The notes under the pieces were generated by a model. That model did not search any database, was not told where the DNA came from, and saw only the letters and a list, made by a program, of their open reading frames with translations. DNA of 49,619 nucleotides from a bacterium (GTDB taxonomy: Bacteria; CLD3; SB21): the NCBI GenBank assembly GCA_031402315.1, contig JANNSF010000248.1, positions 1-49,619 on the forward strand, written 5' to 3'. The first letter of the stretch is position 1, and every line of letters starts with the position of its first letter. Below are positions 28,703-37,327 of the stretch, in pieces. The position numbers and the translations under genes were made by a program.

Positions 28703-29319
28703 AACGTTTCCTCATTTAATACTTTTTTCATCATGTTTCCCGTTGCACGAATTTGTGAATCCGGATTTTTCATAAATTCCTCGGAAATTCGTGTTTGTTC
28801 GGACCGGGTTTTATTTTGACTCAGTTTGAATTTCCCCTCCAGTCGATTCACCTTGATTTCAAAGGCTACAATCGCTTTCAACATGTTGTTTTGATACGTG
28901 GATTGAAGAGCGTTCCATTGAGAGAAATAGTCGGCTTCCGTTGCGCGAATCAGCTCTTCAACCGCTTTGCGTCGGTCCTCCATGGAGTCCAGAATTTGTG
29001 CGGGCCCGTACGCATGCACGGCGGCGTAATTCCACGTCGGAACATTTTCCTCTTTTTCATAGTGTTTCGGGGATACGTACGCATGCGGACCCGCAAATAT
29101 CACCAGATTATTTTCTTCCAGCCACTTCCATTGCTCATTAGCCCTGGAAACATGAGCCAGTAGTCGCAGGGAGTCACCATCCTCGATCACGACAAAAGGA
29201 ATGTGCGTGGCGATCGGTGTCCGCTCCTTCACGCCGATCAAAATGGCAAACGGATTGGCGCGGATGAAGCTTAGGAGTAGCTTTGAGTCTTTGACTTCAT
29301 AAGGTTTGGGAGTATACAT
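28699..29319 (-). CDS. PaiB-like FMN-binding split-barrel protein
   Basis: MYTP, ATHIP, HVSRAN, GPHAYVSP, VPTWNY.AVH, KFKLSQN. Confidence 0.9.
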   Translation of the reverse strand: MYTPKPYEVKDSKLLLSFIRANPFAILIGVKERTPIATHIPFVVIEDGDSLRLLAHVSRANEQWKWLEENNLVIFAGPHAYVSPKHYEKEENVPTWNYAAVHAYGPAQILDSMEDRRKAVEELIRATEADYFSQWNALQSTYQNNMLKAIVAFEIKVNRLEGKFKLSQNKTRSEQTRISEEFMKNPDSQIRATGNMMKKVLNEETL

Positions 29320-29726
29320 TATTTGATCTCCGTTATTCCGTCGATCCACCATGCACTGGGATGTTGCTGCATGCCAAGACGCGGATAATATTCCGTTGCT
29401 TTGGGAGCAGAAAGCAAGATCACCTTTGCTTTAGGAGCTTCCGCTTGAGTTCGCCGGATGAGTTCTTTTCCAATTCCCCGGTTTTGGTAATTCCGATCGA
29501 CGGCCAAATCCGAAAGGTACGTCGCGTAAACAAAATCCGAAAGCGAACGCGAAATGCCAACGAGGGTTTCCTGGCTCCACGCGGTCACTATAAGGTTGGC
29601 GTTTTCCATCATGCTCTGCATGCGCGCACGGTCTTCTATGGGCCGACGCTCGCCCAGCGTCGACGTCTGATAGACATTGATGAATTCGTCCAGGGTAAAA
29701 TTTTTTCCAACACGATACGTAATCAT
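29319..29726 (-). CDS. GNAT acetyltransferase
   Basis: TLGERRP, YLSDLAVD..YQNRGIGKELI, LLSAP.A..YYP. Confidence 0.9.
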   Translation of the reverse strand: MITYRVGKNFTLDEFINVYQTSTLGERRPIEDRARMQSMMENANLIVTAWSQETLVGISRSLSDFVYATYLSDLAVDRNYQNRGIGKELIRRTQAEAPKAKVILLSAPKATEYYPRLGMQQHPSAWWIDGITEIK

Positions 29727-29729
29727 AAA

Positions 29730-30242
29730 CTATAAATACCGTTCTTTAATAACGTTCACGTGATGCAATTCATGCCCGGCTATGCTAAATGCCAGCGCCT
29801 TCACCGACATGGGATTACTGCTCGCGATCCCAATCCGGTCCAGCATCGCCGGCGTAAAATTTTTGAACATTTCAATCGTGGCCTTACGCGTGACGGAATA
29901 TTCTTTCAAAATGGACTCCACCGTGCGGAGATTCGCCTGCGATTCCGGCGCGTAATCATTCTCTTCAAACCCGGGCAATTCCGTTTTATCATGGCGCGCA
30001 AATCGCAAAGCCCGGTATGCAAAAATACGTTCGGCATCAATAATGTGAACAAGGATTTCTTTAATTGTCCACTTCCCCGGTGCATACTGAAATGCGAGTT
30101 TTTCTTCCGAAAGCCCGCGAATCAACTCTACCAATGCCTTATGCTGTGTCTGCATCGCCTTCAAGACACTGCCTCTCGGAACGAGATCAACGTACTTCTT
30201 GTAGTGCGCAGCAAATTCAGAATCCTTTGGACGTTTTATCAT
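29730..30242 (-). CDS. DinB-family protein
   Basis: YAPGKWTIKEILVHIIDAERIF, IAGHELHH; ATGA overlap at 30239-30242. Confidence 0.92.
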   Translation of the reverse strand: MIKRPKDSEFAAHYKKYVDLVPRGSVLKAMQTQHKALVELIRGLSEEKLAFQYAPGKWTIKEILVHIIDAERIFAYRALRFARHDKTELPGFEENDYAPESQANLRTVESILKEYSVTRKATIEMFKNFTPAMLDRIGIASSNPMSVKALAFSIAGHELHHVNVIKERYL

Positions 30243-30766
30243 GACCAACCCTTTCTATCGCGTAATTTAGTAATGTGTGCAACGTGATGTTTGCTATGCC
30301 AGGCATAAAGCCCCAGCATATAATCCAGCGTCAGCGGACCCTTTTCCGAGTGAATAAGCTTTCGTTCAAAGTCACTGGCACTCATGTTTTTCAAAGTCAG
30401 TGTCAGACGGTAGTGAAGCGCTTCCAACAAAATCAGTGTCATATCAATCTTATCCGATTTGGCGTCGGGAAATTCCGACCAAACATTTTCCTTATAGCCT
30501 TTGATCGCCGGCTCGTCTTCGGTCAATGCGAACTTAAAGCGAAGGTAACTATTCATATGACTATCCGCGATATGATGAACCACCTGACGTACGGTCCAGC
30601 CCCCATCTCGATACGGATTATCCAACTGAGAATCGCTTAGACCTTTTACGGCGAGGCGAAGTTTTTCAGGAAGTTCAGAAATAGACTTGATCAAGTCGAT
30701 TCGCTGGACCTCGGTCGTGTGGGGTGAGGCTGTATAACGGCCAATCGGATACTTCAAGTCTTCCAT
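30239..30766 (-). CDS. YfiT/BstA-like (DinB superfamily) putative thiol S-transferase
   Basis: DLKYPIG, PYRDGGWTVRQVVHHIADSH, YAWHSKHHVAHI. Confidence 0.9.
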   Translation of the reverse strand: MEDLKYPIGRYTASPHTTEVQRIDLIKSISELPEKLRLAVKGLSDSQLDNPYRDGGWTVRQVVHHIADSHMNSYLRFKFALTEDEPAIKGYKENVWSEFPDAKSDKIDMTLILLEALHYRLTLTLKNMSASDFERKLIHSEKGPLTLDYMLGLYAWHSKHHVAHITKLRDRKGWS

Positions 30767-30777
30767 TCATTTCTCCT

Positions 30778-31203
30778 TTAAGATTTAGAGTTTATGAGCC
30801 AAACACCGGCGATACACATTCCGATGCCAAAAATATTTTTCAGGGACAAATGTTCTCCAAAAAAAATCAAGCCAACGGGTAGCAATACGAGAGTCAAAAT
30901 CACATTGGCGGTGACCGAGGCGATACTGATATTCCATCCGGAACGGTAAACCAGAAGGAATCCAATCTCGACCGCCACAATGACAACGCCGATAGCAAAT
31001 GGCGCCCAGTTGAGTTCCGCAAAACTCTCACGCAAATTGTTTCCGCCGGAAAAAATGGGGTAGAGAATCAAGGTCACGAGAAGCGCTACACTGTACATCA
31101 CTAAGGTCGAAAGAATCGGATCCGCCTTCGTCGGCACGGATTTTTGTGCAATGTGATAAACGACATTGGCAGCGATCGTCATAAAAATTGAAAAATAAAA
31201 CAT
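30778..31203 (-). CDS. Single-domain EamA/DMT membrane protein
   Basis: NVVYHIAQKS, EIGFLLVYRSGW, F.EHLS; 5 TM. Confidence 0.85.
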   Translation of the reverse strand: MFYFSIFMTIAANVVYHIAQKSVPTKADPILSTLVMYSVALLVTLILYPIFSGGNNLRESFAELNWAPFAIGVVIVAVEIGFLLVYRSGWNISIASVTANVILTLVLLPVGLIFFGEHLSLKNIFGIGMCIAGVWLINSKS

Positions 31204-31216
31204 TCGGTCTCCTATT

Positions 31217-31669
31217 TCAGGCGTGCTTCACACGCCACGAGTATATAAAATTATCATCCTTGACGAACCCTGCTTTGACATACAGCGCCTGTGCGATGCG
31301 ATTATCCTGACCGGTTTCAAGAGATAGCCCTTTCGCATCTGAAATCGTAGCCAACTCTTGCGCTTTTTTTATTAAGGCCTCTCCGACGCCCTTCTTACGA
31401 GCGCTTGCCGTCACATAAAGATCATTTAACAGCCAGAGCCGCTCCATTGACACCGATGAAAAAAGAGGATACAACTGGACAAAGCCCAGCGCGTTTCCGT
31501 TTTCCATCGCCGCAAAAACGACGGATTCACGACGTGCACAGCGGGTTTGTAAAAAATCCTTTGCGCCGGCAATATCACTTTTTTGTTTGTAAAATTGACG
31601 ATACGCATCAAAAAGTGGAGCTACTGCATCCATTTCTGATTCGCGGCATTGAATGATTTGAAATATCAT
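31217..31669 (-). CDS. GNAT acetyltransferase
   Basis: LFDAYRQFY, GFVQLYP.FSS, WLLNDLYV...RKKGVG, N..AQALY. Confidence 0.92.
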   Translation of the reverse strand: MIFQIIQCRESEMDAVAPLFDAYRQFYKQKSDIAGAKDFLQTRCARRESVVFAAMENGNALGFVQLYPLFSSVSMERLWLLNDLYVTASARKKGVGEALIKKAQELATISDAKGLSLETGQDNRIAQALYVKAGFVKDDNFIYSWRVKHA

Positions 31670-32613
31670 GATGATGTTTCCTTGGTTATGTATCTCTTAT
31701 TCACCAGCCAAACTCCGATTAAAATAAATCCTCCCCCAACCAAGCTCGCTAAAGTAATGATTTCACCCAGGTACCAGGAAGCAAAAATAAGTGTTGTAAT
31801 GGGCTCAAAATACAACAGCGCGCCAACTTGGGAAGCTTTGAGAACTTTTAGACTATCGTACCAAAAAATATACGCGACACCGGAACAAAATATTCCGAGA
31901 AACAGAATGTGATTCCACCCTGTTGAAGTAAGACGATCGATATCAAATCCATTTCCGGCAAAGAAAAATTCTAAACAAGAAAACAGCCATCCAAAAAGCA
32001 TGACATAAAACATCATGAGTGCCGGTTCATATCGCTGCAAAACTCTTCGAGAAGCGACGGAAAAGAATGCCCAATTGAGCGCACTTAAGAGTATCAGAAA
32101 ATCGCCGAGCGTGCCGAATTGAAAACTCCAAATGATATCCCACGCGCCATGGGAGACAACCATGATCACACCAAACGTTGCAATTCCAATCCCAAGAATT
32201 CTTTGCCATCCAAGGTATTCCCGCAGAAGGACCCAGCCAAGAAGCGCCATGAATACAGGGGTTGTGGTTACGATCCATGAAGTCGTAGTCGGGCTGATGG
32301 TCTGTAAGGCATGCGTTTGTAGCCATTGATGAAATGTGATTCCTAAAAACCCGAGAAACGCGAAATAACTGACATCCTTAATGGGTATACGTTTGAATTG
32401 TTTTTTATAAATCAGGACAGCAAGCAATACGAGGACGCCCATTCCAAATCGAATCCAGACGATCGTCGAAGGCGCGACTTCCGTCAAAGATACCTTGGTC
32501 GAGACAAAGGACACACCCCAGATTGCCACGGCAATGGACGCTTTTACAATCGGAACAAATTCTCGCGCCGATGGCGAAGTAGAGTTAAGAGGTACCAATG
32601 GCGGACCTCTCAT
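31666..32613 (-). CDS. EamA/DMT-family transporter
   Basis: IWGVSFVSTK, two EamA repeats, YFEPI. Start is uncertain (ATG 32613 assumed). Confidence 0.9.
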   Translation of the reverse strand: MRGPPLVPLNSTSPSAREFVPIVKASIAVAIWGVSFVSTKVSLTEVAPSTIVWIRFGMGVLVLLAVLIYKKQFKRIPIKDVSYFAFLGFLGITFHQWLQTHALQTISPTTTSWIVTTTPVFMALLGWVLLREYLGWQRILGIGIATFGVIMVVSHGAWDIIWSFQFGTLGDFLILLSALNWAFFSVASRRVLQRYEPALMMFYVMLFGWLFSCLEFFFAGNGFDIDRLTSTGWNHILFLGIFCSGVAYIFWYDSLKVLKASQVGALLYFEPITTLIFASWYLGEIITLASLVGGGFILIGVWLVNKRYITKETSS

Positions 32614-33061
32614 TATTCGGTGCCAAAAGGCGACGGTGATAATTGATTTGACCAAGATGATAGGTCAAATGGGTCGATAAATGCACCAAAACGTATTCGA
32701 TCGATCGTTCTTCTTCCCCTATATGGACAGGAAATGGGGCTTGTAAATCGGCCTCCGGAAGATGGTCCAGAGTTTTGTCAATCATAGCCATTGTATCCTT
32801 GATCTTCGTAAGGAGTTCGATTCGGGGAATATTCTTCAATGAGAACTCTAAAGCCCGCTTCCGTACATATTGTGTCCGACCCAGTTTAGCACCTATATAG
32901 GTATTGAGATTCCCGATCAAATGCAGACACAGGTTACCGGCGGAGTTCAATATGTCCTTATCAATTCTCCATAAATCATCTTCGTCAACGTAGGATTCGA
33001 TTTCCATTTTAAGTTTCTCGAGATCCCGATGAAATATTGATTTTAAGGTCTCTTTAATCAT
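32585..33061 (-). CDS. DinB-like (DUF1572-type) protein
   Basis: NSAGNLCLHLIGNL, R..EF, HLSTHLTYHLGQINYHRR. Confidence 0.88.
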   Translation of the reverse strand: MIKETLKSIFHRDLEKLKMEIESYVDEDDLWRIDKDILNSAGNLCLHLIGNLNTYIGAKLGRTQYVRKRALEFSLKNIPRIELLTKIKDTMAMIDKTLDHLPEADLQAPFPVHIGEEERSIEYVLVHLSTHLTYHLGQINYHRRLLAPNNERSAIGTS

Positions 33062-33929
33062 AATTACCTTTTGTTTGATCGGCGTTCAGTCTTAGAGAAC
33101 CCTCCAATACAATAACGGCGCTTCCCTTGATATCAAGTCTTGAACGGTCGATGATTTCAATCTCCATCATTCCGGTTCTTTCCGACGACTGAAAAGATCG
33201 TAGTGTTTTTTTATTCAATTTGTTACTCCAATAGGGCGCTAAAAAGGTATGGGTCCCTCCGGTTACCGGATCTTCATGCGTTCCGCTCCAGGGCCAAAAG
33301 TACCGCGAGTGAAAATCAAATTCATCTTGAACGGATCGAGCGGTTACGAGTACGCCGTTGATACTCGAATGGGATTTGAGAAGCGCTTGAAAATCCGGCG
33401 ACAGCCCTCTTAGTTCATCCGAGCTTTCGATTTCCAGGAGGAGAATATTCGTTTCGCGATTCTTGGCGCAGTGCAGAATTTCTTTCATTCCGAGAGATTT
33501 GAGGAGCGCTTCCGGAGCTGTTGCCGGTTCCAATTCATAACACGGAAATTGCATGATCAATTCAGAACCGGATTTCCGAATCGCTAGATCTAGTTTTTGA
33601 TGGGTTATGAAATGTATTTCATCGGCGTCCGTCGTTTCAAAAATAACCTTAGCCGAGGCCAGAGTGGCGTGTCCGCAAAGGGCGATTTCCATTTTTGGTG
33701 AGAAAAAACGAATGGAATACGTAGCACCCTTTCCCAGGGGTCTCACAAATGCCGTTTCCGACAGATTCAGTTCTTTGGCAATGGATAACATCCTTTCCTC
33801 ACTAAAATCCTTATCCACCACGCATACACCCGCCGGATTTCCACGAAAGGCATCCTTCGTAAAAGAATCAACAATAAAAGTCTTTGTGAGACGAATCTTA
33901 GGTGATCGTCTATTCGATTTCGGCTTCAT
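33054..33929 (-). CDS. PhzF-family isomerase/epimerase
   Basis: VDSFT...GNPAGV, NLSETAF, LCGHATLA, EDPVTG. Confidence 0.93.
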   Translation of the reverse strand: MKPKSNRRSPKIRLTKTFIVDSFTKDAFRGNPAGVCVVDKDFSEERMLSIAKELNLSETAFVRPLGKGATYSIRFFSPKMEIALCGHATLASAKVIFETTDADEIHFITHQKLDLAIRKSGSELIMQFPCYELEPATAPEALLKSLGMKEILHCAKNRETNILLLEIESSDELRGLSPDFQALLKSHSSINGVLVTARSVQDEFDFHSRYFWPWSGTHEDPVTGGTHTFLAPYWSNKLNKKTLRSFQSSERTGMMEIEIIDRSRLDIKGSAVIVLEGSLRLNADQTKGNYD

Positions 33930-34419
33930 AATCTTCTTTCTTTATTTCCTGAAACCCCATTTTTTTATAAAGGGGCAATGCCGCCGGGTGATCCAGCGTG
34001 CAGGTATGAAGCCAAACTCGCTTTAAGGGAAGTTTCCACGCCTCCGTTATTCCCCACTGTAAAAATTTTGAACCCAGCCCCTTTCCGATGAATTCATGCA
34101 TCATGCCGAAATAGGCGATCTCCACTTCATTTTCTTTCCTCGCGTCCAATTCCAGATACCCCGCCGGAGTTCCTCGAAAATACAAGATGAATAATTTCAC
34201 ATCCGGACTTTGTATGGTAGTACGCAGGGTTTCGTCCGTCATACGCTTGCGATCTATCCAAGTCCAGTCGGCTCCGACGGAGTTATATAGAAATCGATAA
34301 AAGGCAACGGTTGGATTTTCCGAATGCATAATCAAAGTACCGGAAGGCCAAGCGGTTTCTTGGAATTGCGGATTGACGACCATTTCCAAATACGTTCTTG
34401 TAACGGCTATTTTTTTCAT
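33910..34419 (-). CDS. GNAT acetyltransferase
   Basis: TYLEM, FYRFLY..VG.DW.W, YFG...IGKGLG, WLHTCTLDHPAALPLY. Confidence 0.9.
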   Translation of the reverse strand: MKKIAVTRTYLEMVVNPQFQETAWPSGTLIMHSENPTVAFYRFLYNSVGADWTWIDRKRMTDETLRTTIQSPDVKLFILYFRGTPAGYLELDARKENEVEIAYFGMMHEFIGKGLGSKFLQWGITEAWKLPLKRVWLHTCTLDHPAALPLYKKMGFQEIKKEDYEAEIE

Positions 34420-34494
34420 ACGGGTTTTGTGCCTTTGTATAAGTTCAACTCAACGATTTCTATCATACCCAACTAATTTCAACGAATCTTCACT

Positions 34495-35406
34495 TCAAGT
34501 TTTCTGCACTCTTGGAAATTTTACCAAAAGCTTCTCAATCCATTCCCAATTGAATATTATTATGGCCACGGCCAGAAGTCCATAGGCCACCAAAGCCCAT
34601 CGCTCGATCGATTCACCGTACCAGAGTATTCCCGAGAAAAAGCCAATGATCGGATTGATGTATATCAAATACGCAAGCTGAGACGAATTCATCCCATTGA
34701 GCGCGTACAGATTCAAAAGCAAGGGCGTCACTGTAAAGATTCCGGAAATAATCAGGATCATGAGCCAAAAGTGCCCACCCAACTCAGAGGGACTGTGCTG
34801 TATGGGATTTAGGCTCAGCATGAGCAGGGTTCCGACGACCATTTGAATCCCGACGCTAACACGGCGAGGCAAATATGTATTTCGCCGTTGTGAAATAAGA
34901 TAAAAAGAATAGGTAAGTGCGATACTAATAATGTAGAGGGTGTCTTTTGATTCCACATGACTCATCATATAGCAACTGACGGCTGAAAGTCCGACGGCGA
35001 TCCATTTTGCAAAATTTAGCTTTTCTCCCAACACGACTAATGCCAATAGAGCGGTCACAATAGGCAGTATCAGATATCCAAAGGCGGCGGCATGAATACT
35101 GACGTGATTCACAACATAGATGTACGTTACCCAATTCGCGGCCAGTAATCCTCCCCCAATCGTCGTCAGACTTGCCATAATCCAAAAATCGGATTTAGAC
35201 TTTGCATGCAGAGTTCGAAATCCGCTGATCGTTTCGCCGGAATTAACCAACAGAACTCCTACCATAATAAGGGCCGCTACCAGAAGCCGATAGAAAATAA
35301 TTTCAATATCATCATGGGCTTTCAATTCTTTTAAAAAAATGGGAATGAAACCCCAGATAACATAGGACGAAAGCCCGCTGATAAAGAATTTGCGATTACC
35401 ACTCAC
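34495..35406 (-). CDS. RarD-like EamA transporter
   Basis: SYVIWGFIP, LAANWVTYIY, GYLILP, YINP; GTG start. Confidence 0.85.
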   Translation of the reverse strand: MSGNRKFFISGLSSYVIWGFIPIFLKELKAHDDIEIIFYRLLVAALIMVGVLLVNSGETISGFRTLHAKSKSDFWIMASLTTIGGGLLAANWVTYIYVVNHVSIHAAAFGYLILPIVTALLALVVLGEKLNFAKWIAVGLSAVSCYMMSHVESKDTLYIISIALTYSFYLISQRRNTYLPRRVSVGIQMVVGTLLMLSLNPIQHSPSELGGHFWLMILIISGIFTVTPLLLNLYALNGMNSSQLAYLIYINPIIGFFSGILWYGESIERWALVAYGLLAVAIIIFNWEWIEKLLVKFPRVQKT

Positions 35407-35410
35407 TTAT

Positions 35411-35530
35411 TAGTCCAATTTTTTAAATATTTGGTAGTCCAAATCTGACATTGGACCAATATTATAGTCCAATATAGTTGAATTATTTTGATTTGGAAAG
35501 TACCATTTTACTAAAAAAATGGATAGTCCA
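35411..35530. promoter_or_regulatory. Operator array (TAGTCCA repeats) and promoter of the 17-gene operon; probable MocR-type sites
   Basis: TAGTCCA at 35411, 35435, 35465 and 35524; inverted TTGGAC at 35451; variant TTGGAAAGTACCA at ~35493. Minus-strand -10 candidates are TATATT (35471-35476) and TATAAT (35461-35466). Confidence 0.7.
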
Positions 35531-35562
35531 GCCTATTTTGAGTGGCTACGGGGAGGGGAAAT

Positions 35563-35593
35563 AGAAGGGTCTCGCTTCTGGCGAGACCCTTCT
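35563..35593 (-). terminator. Strong hairpin, probable terminator of the purN-CsgG-like transcript
   Basis: Perfect 13-bp stem AGAAGGGTCTCGC / GCGAGACCCTTCT, 25 nt after the stop; weak U-tail. Confidence 0.65.
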
Positions 35594-35618
35594 TAACTCT
35601 AAAAATAACCAAAGAGAA

Positions 35619-36608
35619 CTATTTTTTGACGGAGACGACTTTTAGTTTTGTGCCGGCGCCAACTTTGGCTTCAATATCCTTTCCACCCTTCTCAACCTCG
35701 CAGGTTGAGAATATCCCGTCTTCTTCGACTTTCTTAACGACCACAAATCCGACGTCTGAAGTTTTATTGATAGTCTTACCATTAATTTCCACCACTTTGA
35801 CTTCATAAACTTTAAAACGGTCATCTTTTTTTACACCAATGTCTTTGCCGCACGTTATGCTGACGGCTACGGCGCCTTTTTTCTTATCTTTCTTCGTAAT
35901 TTCATAAATGTCACCTTCGACCGGGAATGCTGTTTTCAAACCCTTTTTCAGGTCGCTGATGCATTCATCAAGTCCCTTATAAGCCGCTTTGGATGGCGTG
36001 GATTCATACGCGTCAAGACCAATAAAGCCAAACCCGCCAATTTCCGTGCTACCTTTGACGCGCTTGGAAAAAGTGGTCTGACCGGTAACGACATCAACGA
36101 TCGTCACCTGAATTTCAACGGTTCCGGAGTACCCCAATAGTTTACTTTGATTTTTTGGATCGTACGCAGGGTTTGTGCTGACCTGTTGTATTTGTCCGCT
36201 AACAATGTATTGCGCTCCCAATAAGGCGCCTATGTTGGCAACGGAATTTGGATCAACGTTATCCGTAAGTTGAAAATTTTGCTCCTTCATTACTTTTTCC
36301 ATCGCCGTACGATCGAGCGTAATGAAACGGCCGGTTTTGAAAAATGCATCGACCGCGCGTTGTGTCGCGGCATCGGCAAAGGCAGCAATCGCCGAGGGAT
36401 CGGCGAATGGCGATTCGGCCGTAGCGGAGTAAGTCAAACTATTCGCACCGGCCTCCAGAGATTGGTGCGAACCGTAACTCTCGGTAATCTTGACCGCATC
36501 AAAAGGCAATACTGCGATCTTGGCCTTTTCTCCATCCATGGTCGTTTTTCCTTGTGCAAACATCAAGGCCGCTGATGTAAGCACCAAAATCATTTTTGCA
36601 ATTTTCAT
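35619..36608 (-). CDS. CsgG/HfaB-family secreted protein with a C-terminal beta domain
   Basis: Signal peptide, KIAVLPF, KTGRFITLDR..MEKVMKEQ, IGALLGAQYIVSG; GGAGG RBS. Confidence 0.8.
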   Translation of the reverse strand: MKIAKMILVLTSAALMFAQGKTTMDGEKAKIAVLPFDAVKITESYGSHQSLEAGANSLTYSATAESPFADPSAIAAFADAATQRAVDAFFKTGRFITLDRTAMEKVMKEQNFQLTDNVDPNSVANIGALLGAQYIVSGQIQQVSTNPAYDPKNQSKLLGYSGTVEIQVTIVDVVTGQTTFSKRVKGSTEIGGFGFIGLDAYESTPSKAAYKGLDECISDLKKGLKTAFPVEGDIYEITKKDKKKGAVAVSITCGKDIGVKKDDRFKVYEVKVVEINGKTINKTSDVGFVVVKKVEEDGIFSTCEVEKGGKDIEAKVGAGTKLKVVSVKK

Positions 36609-36618
36609 AAACTCCTCC

Positions 36619-37248
36619 TTACGGTTTGATTCTAACTATTCGATCTATGACTTGAACTTTATCTTCAACAAATAATTGAATGGCCTTATGATACGTTTCA
36701 TGTTCTAATTCTAATACGCGTTCGGCCAAGGTTTCGGCGGTATCCTCACTTTTGACATCAATCGCTCTTTGCATCACTACCGCGCCATGGTCGTATTCCG
36801 AATCCACGAGGTGAATGGTGACACCGGAAATTTTTGCTCCGTACGCAAGGACCGCGGCGTGAACTTTCTCTCCGTAAAGCCCTTTGCCTCCAAAGGCCGG
36901 AAGCAACGCAGGATGTATATTCAAAACACGATTTCGGTAAACATCCAAAATCGGATGGCCGACTTTTTTCATATAGCCGGCAAGTATGATAAAATCAACA
37001 CTGTTTTCTTGCAAGGTTGCCAGTACTTTCGAATGAAAATCTTCAATACGGCTAAATTCCGAACTCGATAAATAGGCCGATGGAATATTTCTTTCTTTTG
37101 CAAATCTCAACACACCCGCTTCACGGGTATTACTGATAATTAAACCTATTCGTGCACCAAGTTTTCCGTCGTCAATCGCTTTTTGAATCGCTTTACAATT
37201 CGAACCGTTTCCCGAAGCAAAAACTCCTAACGTCAACTTAATTTCCAT
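36619..37248 (-). CDS. purN: Phosphoribosylglycinamide formyltransferase
   Basis: ASGNGSN, LAGYMK, LNIHPALLP, SGVTIHLVD.EYDHG, LEH. Confidence 0.96.
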   Translation of the reverse strand: MEIKLTLGVFASGNGSNCKAIQKAIDDGKLGARIGLIISNTREAGVLRFAKERNIPSAYLSSSEFSRIEDFHSKVLATLQENSVDFIILAGYMKKVGHPILDVYRNRVLNIHPALLPAFGGKGLYGEKVHAAVLAYGAKISGVTIHLVDSEYDHGAVVMQRAIDVKSEDTAETLAERVLELEHETYHKAIQLFVEDKVQVIDRIVRIKP

Positions 37249-37256
37249 TAGCGGGC

Positions 37257-37285
37257 AATTTACATCACGGTTTTGCAGAGTGCAA
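37257..37285 (-). promoter_or_regulatory. Sigma70-type promoter of purN (near-leaderless)
   Basis: Minus strand TTGCAC-N17-TAAATT, only 8 nt before the ATG. Confidence 0.55.
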
Positions 37286-37327
37286 GAAATGTTTTGAAGA
37301 AGTCAATTTTCCAGAAAACCGTTGTCA

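Noticed and set aside
33054-33929. Phenazine biosynthesis
   Set aside because: Only a PhzF-family gene is present; phzA/B/D/E/G are absent.
13917-35406. Mobile genomic island, integron array or antiviral defence island
   Set aside because: No integrase, transposase, tRNA anchor or flanking repeats. Genes overlap without attC-like spacers, and I recognised no defence domains.
35411-35530. CRISPR or iteron array
   Set aside because: The repeats are only 7-8 bp with irregular spacing, and there are no cas or rep genes. An operator array fits better.
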